DNA of 30,299 nt from an uncultured Methanosarcinales archaeon (GTDB taxonomy: Archaea; Nanobdellota; Nanobdellia; Woesearchaeales; CAZYIM01): positions 9,415 through 39,713 of the forward strand of contig CAZYIM010000028.1 of assembly GCA_964647565.1 (NCBI GenBank). The letters are read 5' to 3'. A program made the translations under genes and the position numbers. Below, one piece after another: positions 15,597 to 23,776 of the stretch (the stretch's first letter is position 1; every line of letters starts with the position of its first letter). Below the pieces are notes generated by a model that was not told the DNA's origin, searched no databases, and saw only the letters and a list, made by a program, of their open reading frames with translations.

Positions 15597-18029
15597 ATGT
15601 TTGGAAAAAAAGGTAATGTTATTGCTGCAGTTCTTATTGTGGTGGCTATTCTTGCAGGATTTGTTGCATATACGCAGGTTGTCAACAAACCAAGTCCGCA
15701 TCAAGAGGATCCGACCAAGCTTATGTCAGAGTCTGAATTGGCCGTCCAGAGAGCCTTATCCCAGGCCCTAAGTGAGTTTATACAGACTGGTTACTCTTAT
15801 GATTCTGGAGTGTGGTTCTGCGATTATCCTTTTCCTCCCGATCTTAATGAATCCAATTCATCTTTATATACATATCTCAATAAATATCTGAGGCTTTATA
15901 CCCACCATCTTGAGAGTACAGGTGTAGATATTACTGATCCTGATCTTGCTGTTGATATTATTTCGGATCAGTTAAAAGATCTGAACAATGATTCTGTAAC
16001 AATAAATTTAGATAAGTTTTTGGCAAGTTCTCAAACAGAGGATGTAATCAGGAGCCAGGAGCTTTCAAAAGAGTACAGTTTTGCTTTTAAGATTTGGTTG
16101 ATCTATCAGAATCTGCAAAACTGGATGGATAGCGGTGCAGGCAACATTACTGCGGAAGTGGTGGATCTCATATCTGAGAAGCAATGTCAGTTCAGGAGTT
16201 GCTGTTGTTTTAGAAATGATACCTTTGATGTGGCAAGATATGGAGATATGGGTTATATAAAGTCTTTTGATGTCACAGAGCACGAGGTTGAAGTCAAGAT
16301 TGATGACAGCCTTGCAGAACTGAATCAGATGTTTACAGGAACAGGTATAGAATGCCGTAGGGAGATTGAACGGATCCATGTTGAGAATTATCCTGTTTTT
16401 GATTATGGTTTGACTACCACCTGTACATATTCCTGCTCCACTCAGAACTCAAGTCTGAATCTTTCCAATATGGGGGAGGTTAAAAGATGGAACGAAGATA
16501 TCACAACACCTGGCGTAGATAGTCCTTCTGAATGCGGAGGAGGTTTGGATAGGCCGACCAGGAGCTATCCGGATGTCTATAATCCTCCAGGCAATTATGA
16601 GACCATACCTGAGCATGAGAATGAATCTGCATCAAAATACAGCTATGATCTAGACAGTCCATATGATCTGCCTACCAACTATGTTGCACAGTTTTTATTT
16701 TACACAACACCTTCTGTCATAGAGTCTGTGGCAGTGGATAAGGGTGTTGCAGTACTTTACTCTGTTGTCTGTGAAGATCCTTCTGTCTTGATAGAGACTG
16801 AGAAGGGAACAGAGACCTTGAAGACTAAGATACAGCTTAGAGTTTCTCTGAAGTATGATTGTGTTGTGCCTGACACCAGTGAGGAAGAAGGGAATGTGAC
16901 ATGCAACTATTGGGGGCCTCTACCAATACCGGGACCTCCCGCCGGAACATGCCCTCTTGATTGTCCGAAATGCAATATGTGTGTTCCCAAGGATCCTAGC
17001 AATCAGTTTTCAACAGATCCTGATGACTATGAGTGTATTGCATATGCACAAGGTATAGAAACAATCTTTCCTGAGATACCTGCGAGTCTTTGCCCCGATA
17101 ACAAATGCATGACCTGCGATCCTGCAACAGCACGGCCTGATCCTGCTGGTACTGGTTATGATATCATGGATTGCACCCTGCCATATTATGGTTACCAGGA
17201 TAAGGATTGTGCCAAATGTGAGATCTGCATAGAAGACCCTACTGGTGCATGCGGTTCTGTTGATGATGCTATTGCACTCGGACAGCCAGCAGGTGTAGTT
17301 TCACAAATAAGAACTGCCATAAACCAGATCTCAGATACTGACTGTCCTGGAGATTGTGAAGGCTGTGATGATGACGGCAGCTGTGGTTTGGGTCCTCCTT
17401 CCATCGGCGCGTGGGATTGCGGCAATGCGTGTCAGACATGTACTGCCAATAATGTTTGTTCAGTCCATAGCTCTCAAGCCGACAATGAATGTGATGGTAC
17501 TAAATGTGCCAAGTGTGGTACTGATGGCTCGTGTGGTGAGTATTTCAATGATGGTAAAAGGCACAACTGTCCTGCATGCAATTCTTGCCAAGGGACTGCA
17601 GATTGTGTCTTTGATGCGAGCATGGGTGGTTGTGGAACCTGTGATATGTGTGATGCGACTGTTGGAGGCTGTGCACCTAACCCTGCTAAGCTAGGTGACA
17701 AATGTGGGTCGAAAGAATGTTATGAGATGAGATGCGCTAACAATGGCTGCACGGATAAACGTGTTTTTGAAGGAAAGATTTGCGGCAACAATCCTCAGTG
17801 TAGGGGTAGATGCGATTCCAGTGGTGATTGTGATGCAAGTGCAAACGATGGCCAATCTTGTGATTATTGCGGAGAAAATCCCGATGCAGGATCCTGTGAT
17901 AACGGTTATTGCAAATTAGACAAGCTTTGCTGTCAGGGAAATATCTGTGCTGGCGGTTCAGACACATATAAATGCTGTGGCCCGGCTTGCTACCTAAAAT
18001 CTAAAGGGGCTTGTCCAGACGTAACATAA
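15597..18029 (+). CDS. Large prepilin-like protein with C-terminal Cys-rich repeats (putative adhesin)
   Basis: AAGGTGA SD before ATG 15597; MFGKKG|NVIAAVLIVVAILAGF; C-terminal ~360 aa of repeated C-x2-5-C-x2-4-C-x4-7-C modules. Confidence 0.8.
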   Translation: MFGKKGNVIAAVLIVVAILAGFVAYTQVVNKPSPHQEDPTKLMSESELAVQRALSQALSEFIQTGYSYDSGVWFCDYPFPPDLNESNSSLYTYLNKYLRLYTHHLESTGVDITDPDLAVDIISDQLKDLNNDSVTINLDKFLASSQTEDVIRSQELSKEYSFAFKIWLIYQNLQNWMDSGAGNITAEVVDLISEKQCQFRSCCCFRNDTFDVARYGDMGYIKSFDVTEHEVEVKIDDSLAELNQMFTGTGIECRREIERIHVENYPVFDYGLTTTCTYSCSTQNSSLNLSNMGEVKRWNEDITTPGVDSPSECGGGLDRPTRSYPDVYNPPGNYETIPEHENESASKYSYDLDSPYDLPTNYVAQFLFYTTPSVIESVAVDKGVAVLYSVVCEDPSVLIETEKGTETLKTKIQLRVSLKYDCVVPDTSEEEGNVTCNYWGPLPIPGPPAGTCPLDCPKCNMCVPKDPSNQFSTDPDDYECIAYAQGIETIFPEIPASLCPDNKCMTCDPATARPDPAGTGYDIMDCTLPYYGYQDKDCAKCEICIEDPTGACGSVDDAIALGQPAGVVSQIRTAINQISDTDCPGDCEGCDDDGSCGLGPPSIGAWDCGNACQTCTANNVCSVHSSQADNECDGTKCAKCGTDGSCGEYFNDGKRHNCPACNSCQGTADCVFDASMGGCGTCDMCDATVGGCAPNPAKLGDKCGSKECYEMRCANNGCTDKRVFEGKICGNNPQCRGRCDSSGDCDASANDGQSCDYCGENPDAGSCDNGYCKLDKLCCQGNICAGGSDTYKCCGPACYLKSKGACPDVT

Positions 18030-18062
18030 TTTAATTTTTATTCTTTAAATTTTTTATTCTAT
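18030..18062 (+). terminator. T-rich tract, probable archaeal terminator
   Basis: TTTAATTTTTTATTCTTTAAATTTTTTATTC directly after the last pilus gene, between convergent genes. Confidence 0.45.
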
Positions 18063-18089
18063 TTAGAATTAATAAGAATTGGCTAGGCG

Positions 18090-19370
18090 TTACTCTTCAA
18101 TTAAGCCATAACCGATCAATCTGAATCTGGTGCCTACCCTTCTGCTGATAGTAACCCTGGAGCCCTTATCCGCGCAGACAGGAAGCTTCAATCGACACAT
18201 GCAAAAATTCTTGCCTATTTCTTCAACAAAACCAACTGTTGCTGCACTGTTGACATTCAGCATAAGAATTTCGTTCATCTTAATAGGATCAACTTTGAGT
18301 TCATCCTGACTTCCAACAACCCTTTCAAGCAGATGGGTTTCTAGTTTCAGTTCATACCAGATGGGCGGTAGTTTACCTGTATGACCTACTATGTTGCCTG
18401 TCAGATTATCTGATTTTACAATCGCAGGGTCAAGTAAGGTCATTACACCAATAGAGCCTCCTGGTAGGACCTCTTTGACAGGACATCCGCCAGTTATAAT
18501 GCTTGCAATCTCGGTTTCAATTGGCTTGGCAACCCTTTTATTATGTTCTTCAACAATTCTGCCAGGTCTTAACTCAATCTTCTCACCAATCTTGAGTTTA
18601 CCTTGAGTTAATGCACCTCCTATGACGCCGCCTTGGAGATCCTTAGGTCTCGCACCTGGCTTGTTGATGTCAAAGCTTCTGGCAATGAACATTACAGGCT
18701 CGTCATTCGGATTTCTCTTGGGAGTGGGTATTACCTTCTCCAGAGCCTCAATTAGAAGATCTATATTGGCGCCGTGTAAAGCACTTATTGGGATTATGGG
18801 CGAATTTTCATAGTCTGTGCCTTTGATGAATTCTACGATTTCTTCATGATTTCGAGTTGCCCTTTCTGTGGTTACAATATCTATCTTGTTCTGGATAATT
18901 ACAATATTCTTGATGCCTGCAATAGAAAGAGCCATCAGATGCTCCCTGGTTTGCGGCTGAGGACAGATTTCATTGGCAGCTACAAGCAGCATTGCGCCAT
19001 CCATTATTTTTGATCCTGAAAGCATGGTAGCCATGAGGCTTTCATGTCCAGGAGCATCAACAAAAGAGACTTTTCTTAATGGGACAGTTTCTCCGTCACA
19101 TATAGGGCATTTCTTTTTAACTGTGTAGCAAACAGGAATTTTGCATTTTGTGCATTTCCTGAAAATAACATCTGCATAACCTAGTCTTATAGTAATCCCT
19201 CTTTTCATCTCTTCAGAATGGGTGTCTGTCCATTTTCCAGTCAGCCTTTCTGTAAGAGTGGTTTTTCCATGGTCAACATGGCCTACAAGACCTATATTTA
19301 CAACAGGCTGAGCTTTTTCAATATCTGCGCAGCTGTTATCCTCTGCTTCAGCTTTCTTTTTTCTTGGCAT
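18090..19370 (-). CDS. eif2g: Translation initiation factor aIF2 subunit gamma
   Basis: GHVDHGKT, RGITIRLGY, Zn-ribbon CxxC...CxxC, DAPGHE, NKID, SALH, C-terminal FRLIGYG. Start moved to ATG 19370; TATA at 19395-19403. Confidence 0.97.
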   Translation of the reverse strand: MPRKKKAEAEDNSCADIEKAQPVVNIGLVGHVDHGKTTLTERLTGKWTDTHSEEMKRGITIRLGYADVIFRKCTKCKIPVCYTVKKKCPICDGETVPLRKVSFVDAPGHESLMATMLSGSKIMDGAMLLVAANEICPQPQTREHLMALSIAGIKNIVIIQNKIDIVTTERATRNHEEIVEFIKGTDYENSPIIPISALHGANIDLLIEALEKVIPTPKRNPNDEPVMFIARSFDINKPGARPKDLQGGVIGGALTQGKLKIGEKIELRPGRIVEEHNKRVAKPIETEIASIITGGCPVKEVLPGGSIGVMTLLDPAIVKSDNLTGNIVGHTGKLPPIWYELKLETHLLERVVGSQDELKVDPIKMNEILMLNVNSAATVGFVEEIGKNFCMCRLKLPVCADKGSRVTISRRVGTRFRLIGYGLIEE

Positions 19371-19460
19371 TCTGTCTACTGGAATAGGAGGGACTTTATA
19401 AAAGTTATGCATGATACGAAGTGAATAATAAAGATGCGTGTGCTGAGTATAAACAAAATG

Positions 19461-19605
19461 AAAATAAGCATTCATGGTCACTTCTCTAGGTTACGTTCTC
19501 AGGTTTTCGGTTCTTCGAACAGAAAACCATTCACGGTACAGACGCATTTTGCCTACAGCAAAATGCTACTCGACTTCGTCTCGCCTGGCCATGAATGCTT
19601 ATTTT
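19461..19605. repeat. 145-bp element with 20-bp terminal inverted repeats and internal hairpins (MITE-like or structured RNA)
   Basis: AAAATAAGCATTCATGGTCA (19461-19480) / TGGCCATGAATGCTTATTTT (19586-19605), 1 mismatch; internal stems at 19502-19528, 19544-19566, 19572-19580. Confidence 0.75.
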
Positions 19606-19702
19606 TGTTCATTTTACTTTGGTGAATTAGAATACAATATCGTCTCAATTATTCCAAAACTTAACTCAATTGGGTGAGTAAGTTCCCTTTATTAAGGAAA
19701 AC

Positions 19703-19711
19703 TTTTATAAA
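19703..19711 (+). promoter_or_regulatory. TATA box for rps7 (probably leaderless)
   Basis: GGAAAAC-TTTTATAAA ending 22 nt before the ATG at 19734. Confidence 0.6.
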
Positions 19712-19733
19712 TAGCCTATATTTTCTCGTCAAT

Positions 19734-20333
19734 ATGACAGATGTACTAGCATTTAACAGATGGGATTGCTCACATATAAAGGTAGTTGATCCTGGATTGA
19801 TATCTTATATAAACACTCAGCCTATGATCGTTCCCAAGACGGGAGCTAAATATGCAGGAAACAGATTCCATAAGTCAAAGCTTTTCATAGTTGAGAGACT
19901 TATCAATAAGATAATGATTCCAGGTCATAGAGGTAAGAAACATAAGATAACATCGGGTTTTTGCACCGGAAAGGCAACCATGGCATATTCCCTTGTTGAA
20001 CAAGCCTTTAATATCATTGAAAAAAAGCTGAAGAAAAATCCTGTTGAAGTATTTGTCAAGGCTCTTGAGAATGCTGCGCCCAGGGAAGAGCTGATAACTA
20101 TTGAATATGGAGGCGCTCGATATCCTAAGGCTGTTGATTGTGCACCTCAGAGACGAGTTGATGTTGCACTTAGACAGATGGTGCAGGGAGCTTATCAAAA
20201 AAGCTTTAGTTCTAAAAAAAGTGCTGCAAGTGCAATTGCTGATGAGATTATGGCTGCATATCAGTTAAGTCCAACATCAAATGCCATTACCAAAAAGCAA
20301 GAGCTTGAAAGGCAAGCTGATGCTAGCAGATAA
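19734..20333 (+). CDS. rps7: 30S ribosomal protein uS7 (archaeal type)
   Basis: FNRWD, IVERLIN, NPVEVFVKALENAAPRE, AVDCAPQRRVD, KKQELERQADASR. Confidence 0.97.
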   Translation: MTDVLAFNRWDCSHIKVVDPGLISYINTQPMIVPKTGAKYAGNRFHKSKLFIVERLINKIMIPGHRGKKHKITSGFCTGKATMAYSLVEQAFNIIEKKLKKNPVEVFVKALENAAPREELITIEYGGARYPKAVDCAPQRRVDVALRQMVQGAYQKSFSSKKSAASAIADEIMAAYQLSPTSNAITKKQELERQADASR

Positions 20334-20349
20334 ATTTTTTGTTCTCAAT

Positions 20350-20483
20350 AGGGTTTGTAGAAAATCTCTTACTTCGCTTACCTATGATTTTGTTTCATAG
20401 GCAAGCTACGCTTGGCCTGGCCCTAAATGCCTCAGCATTCAATGGCAATCAAGGCACAGACAGAGATTTTTTCTAGAAATCCT
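20350..20483. repeat. 134-bp element with imperfect terminal inverted repeats and internal hairpins
   Basis: AGGGTTTGTAGAAAATCTCT (20350-20369) / AGAGATTTTTTCTAGAAATCCT (20462-20483); GCTTACCTATGA/TCATAGGCAAGC (20376-20406); AATGC-CTCA-GCATT (20426-20439). Confidence 0.65.
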
Positions 20484-20550
20484 TTTCAATAATAAAATTT
20501 TTAAAGCATAAGTCCACTAGTTATAGCTAAGAATATTTGGCGGAAGCAAT

Positions 20551-21105
20551 ATGGTGAAAAAAAGGGTAATTTCTGACTACACTCCGTACTATCTGCTTGC
20601 TATTGTAGTGATTGTCGCTTTGGTAGCTATTATTACTCTTGTTTCTCCTGAAACTATAAAGTTACCTGTTTCAAATGTTGGCGGAAAGGCTGATTACAGA
20701 AAGGCTGATTATGTAGAGTTGTATGATACTGATAAGGTCTCTATTGTAACAAAGACGTCGGGTGTATCAAAATCAGATTTGAGCCTTGAAGCTATAAGCA
20801 CATTACAGATCCATGGTTTTGATAAGAATAATATGAAAAAGGTGGCTATATATGCTATTGTTAAGAATTTGGGCGAGGAGATATCAAGTGAGTATAAAGT
20901 GTTTTATTTTATTGATGGTGCTAAGTCCAGCGACGGTCAGCTTTATGAACCACTTGAAAGCGGGGCAAAAAAGAACACTGTCAGCTTTGAAAAATTACTC
21001 GCGCCAGGTCAATATACAATTTATTTCTTAGTTGTTCCTATCCAACCAGATAGTAATATTCTAAATAATAAGATTTCTGCCTCGCTGACTATAGAAGAAG
21101 ACTGA
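20551..21105 (+). CDS. Membrane-anchored CARDB/Ig-like surface protein
   Basis: N-terminal TM; DLSLEAI...AIVKNLG...FYFIDG...LESG...PGQYTI...DSNILNN follows the CARDB pattern. Confidence 0.7.
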   Translation: MVKKRVISDYTPYYLLAIVVIVALVAIITLVSPETIKLPVSNVGGKADYRKADYVELYDTDKVSIVTKTSGVSKSDLSLEAISTLQIHGFDKNNMKKVAIYAIVKNLGEEISSEYKVFYFIDGAKSSDGQLYEPLESGAKKNTVSFEKLLAPGQYTIYFLVVPIQPDSNILNNKISASLTIEED

Positions 21106-21108
21106 GTT

Positions 21109-21777
21109 CTATTTTAATTTTAGGACATCATCTAAATTTATAATAGGCCTGTTCAGGCTTTCTTGATCATCATAGCCAATTCTTGGGCAGGCTGTGTTTA
21201 CCCATACGTCTACAAATGGGAAATTAGCAAGACCTGCAAGTTCTATTGTGTCTGCAATAAAGAAATAGAAATCCTTTTCAGGGAACAATACTTTAAGTTT
21301 TTTTGCCTCACTGAGCCTGTTCTGGCCATGCTTTTGGGAGATGATGATGCCTACATCCTTTGACACCACAAATTTCATCAGGGCTGCCTTTGTTCTCTGT
21401 TTAATACTTTCAATGTCCCCTTTGTTGAGTTTTTTTAGCTTCTTGGAAAAGGGATTGTATGTGAAGACAGGTTTCTGATTGATAAGCATGAGAGTTTTGG
21501 GATGGAACATGCCATCGCCGATATAAAGGAACGCCTTTACTCCATTATTGAAGTTCTCGATGCTGCAACCCAGCAGTTGGCCTGGATATTTGCAATGGGA
21601 TGGTTTGATTAGCACCACCTCTTTTCCAGCCTTTTCCAGCTGTTTTTTTATGTTTTTTAGCTCTCCAATAAATTGAACTGCAGTAAAGAGAGCGATTTTT
21701 TTCGGTAGTTTTTCAATTTCATCCGGCTTGAGATCTATTTTTTCATCGGACTTGGCTTCAACATGTATTAGCTGCAT
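21109..21777 (-). CDS. dph2: Diphthamide synthesis protein Dph2 (short form)
   Basis: TAVQF, PGQLLGC, YIGDGMFHP, KHGQ, VWVNTACPRIGYDD. Confidence 0.88.
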   Translation of the reverse strand: MQLIHVEAKSDEKIDLKPDEIEKLPKKIALFTAVQFIGELKNIKKQLEKAGKEVVLIKPSHCKYPGQLLGCSIENFNNGVKAFLYIGDGMFHPKTLMLINQKPVFTYNPFSKKLKKLNKGDIESIKQRTKAALMKFVVSKDVGIIISQKHGQNRLSEAKKLKVLFPEKDFYFFIADTIELAGLANFPFVDVWVNTACPRIGYDDQESLNRPIINLDDVLKLK

Positions 21778-21871
21778 TTTCTTCTAGTAAATCCTTCTCT
21801 ATTAAATATCTTTCTTAACCACTCTTTAATCAATAGAATATTTTAAATACTCAATATCCTGTGTTTTGTTA

Positions 21872-23776
21872 ATGGCAGAACTTCAAAAGACCCTGAGTTT
21901 CAAGGTTATTCTACTTATAACCATCAATTCAATTATGGGTACTGGAATATTTTTCTTACCTGCTGTTGGTGCAGCCAAGTCAGGGCCTGGAAGCATAATC
22001 TCGTGGGTCATACTTGCAGTGCTGTCAATATATATTGCTATGTGCTTTGCAGAGCTATCTAGCATGTATCCTAAATCAGGAGGGATTTATGAATACTGCA
22101 AGCAGGCTTATGGAAGTTTTCTTTCTTTTATCATAGGCTGGATGACCTTGATTGCAGGAAACATCACAATTGCTATGCTTGTGGTCGGAGCTATTAGATA
22201 TCTTGGACCTGCTTTGCCAGGAGTTTTAAAGATTTCTATTAGCCTGTTCTTTATATTTATCTTTAATTACATGGCTTACAAGGGTATGAAGACTAGTTCA
22301 ATTATGCTTGTGACCTTTGGTTTTATAACCCTATTCTCAATTCTGAGCCTGACATTTTCAAACTTGATAAAATTCGATGTATCTAATATAACCCCTTTCT
22401 TTACTCATCCATCATCTGCAATCTTTATTACAATATTTTTTATTGCAGAAACTTTTTTTGGCTGGGAAACCGCAACTTTTCTCGCTGAAGAGACCAAGAA
22501 TCCTCGGAAAACCATCCCTAAAGCGTTGATACTAGGTACGGTCATAATAGCTATAATCTGTCTGTTTTTTGTGGTGAGTTCACTAGGTGTACTTCCTTGG
22601 CATGTTTTTGGTGCATCTAAAACTCCTTTGGCACATTTAGCCATGTTTCATTTCGGAACAGCTGGAACCAACATTTTTACAATCCTGGTCTATCTTTCCA
22701 TAATAGGTAGCGTTGCTGGTTGGATTGTTTCTGCACCAAGATTGATCCTGGCTCTTGCAGAGGATAAGCTTTTCATACCCCAATGTGCCCAGATTCACGA
22801 AGTTAACAAGACACCTCATAAGGCTATCCTTTTCCAGACAATTCTAACTAGCATACTTGTCATAGTTGGTTCGGGATCATATGATACTCTTCTTGAACTT
22901 TTGTTGCCTTTGGTCCTGATTATATACTCTGCTACGTTACTAAGTGTTGTAGTTTTAAGATTTAAAAAACCCTTGGTTGAACGGACATATAAGGTGCCAT
23001 TGGGTAAGATCGGACCGATTCTTGTGGCTATTTTATGCCTGGGACTTATTGGGTATTGGATGACCAACATCGAGCATGCTGTTAGTATATTTAAGATTAT
23101 TATATCCCTGATTTTTTTTGGGGTGCCTATTTATTTTCTATTGCTATTTTATTATGATCCTGATGCAATTATTAAGATTAATAACCTTTTGAGTTATTTT
23201 AATCTGACTTTTGAGAGTCTTTTAATGCCTAAGCATGTCAGAAAGCATATGCTTGGTATGTTTGGAGATCTTCGATCAAAACGAGTGCTTGAATATGGGG
23301 CTGGTGTTGGTACGATGACAGTCCACATTGCAGATGTTGTAGGGCCTCGCGGTAAGATCTATGCAACTGAGCTTGGGGATAAGAATGTCAGGATAATAAA
23401 GAAACGTTTGAAGAAAAAAGGCTTTGATCATGTTCGTGTGATCCATGATGAACATCAAATAAGTCGAGTGCATCCAGATGTAAAAGAGGTAGATATCATC
23501 TTTTCAACTGGTATGATAGGTTATATGCAGGATATGAAGAAGATCCTAAAAGAGATGAATAACCTTCTTCCTGAAGGTGGTAAGATATGTTTTGTCGAAT
23601 TTGTTGATTTCTTCTGGATAATCCCCAATCTGGGCATACTTTCGGCTGAGGAGAAGCTAAAGCAGCTTTTTAGGGAGTGCGGATTCTCAGTTCAGATTGA
23701 AAAAAAGCGAAGGTTGTTCTGGAGCTATCTCTTTGTCTATGGTATGAAGAGCAAAGAGGATGTGCCTGTGATTTAG
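21872..23776 (+). CDS. APC-family amino acid permease fused to a class I SAM-dependent methyltransferase domain
   Basis: INSIMGTGIFFLP, AELSSMYPKSGG, FFGWE...AEETKNP, 12 TM; C-terminal VLEYGAGVG...VGPRGKIYATE...LPEGGKI. Confidence 0.9.
   Translation: MAELQKTLSFKVILLITINSIMGTGIFFLPAVGAAKSGPGSIISWVILAVLSIYIAMCFAELSSMYPKSGGIYEYCKQAYGSFLSFIIGWMTLIAGNITIAMLVVGAIRYLGPALPGVLKISISLFFIFIFNYMAYKGMKTSSIMLVTFGFITLFSILSLTFSNLIKFDVSNITPFFTHPSSAIFITIFFIAETFFGWETATFLAEETKNPRKTIPKALILGTVIIAIICLFFVVSSLGVLPWHVFGASKTPLAHLAMFHFGTAGTNIFTILVYLSIIGSVAGWIVSAPRLILALAEDKLFIPQCAQIHEVNKTPHKAILFQTILTSILVIVGSGSYDTLLELLLPLVLIIYSATLLSVVVLRFKKPLVERTYKVPLGKIGPILVAILCLGLIGYWMTNIEHAVSIFKIIISLIFFGVPIYFLLLFYYDPDAIIKINNLLSYFNLTFESLLMPKHVRKHMLGMFGDLRSKRVLEYGAGVGTMTVHIADVVGPRGKIYATELGDKNVRIIKKRLKKKGFDHVRVIHDEHQISRVHPDVKEVDIIFSTGMIGYMQDMKKILKEMNNLLPEGGKICFVEFVDFFWIIPNLGILSAEEKLKQLFRECGFSVQIEKKRRLFWSYLFVYGMKSKEDVPVI

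Noticed and set aside
7178..18029. Archaellum or conjugative type IV secretion system
   Set aside because: No archaellin signature, ArlH, VirB4, coupling protein or relaxase recognised.
16940..18029. Multiheme cytochrome or polyferredoxin
   Set aside because: No CxxCH motifs, the spacing does not give repeated CxxCxxCxxxCP, and the protein has an export signal.
19371..19733. Extended starts for eif2g (19481) and rps7 (19674), and short ORFs 19434-19625 and 19474-19677
   Set aside because: They run through promoters and the inverted-repeat element and show no protein-like features.
19461..20483. Autonomous or composite transposon carrying rps7
   Set aside because: No transposase, and the two flanking elements have different terminal sequences; kept only as separate element-level findings.
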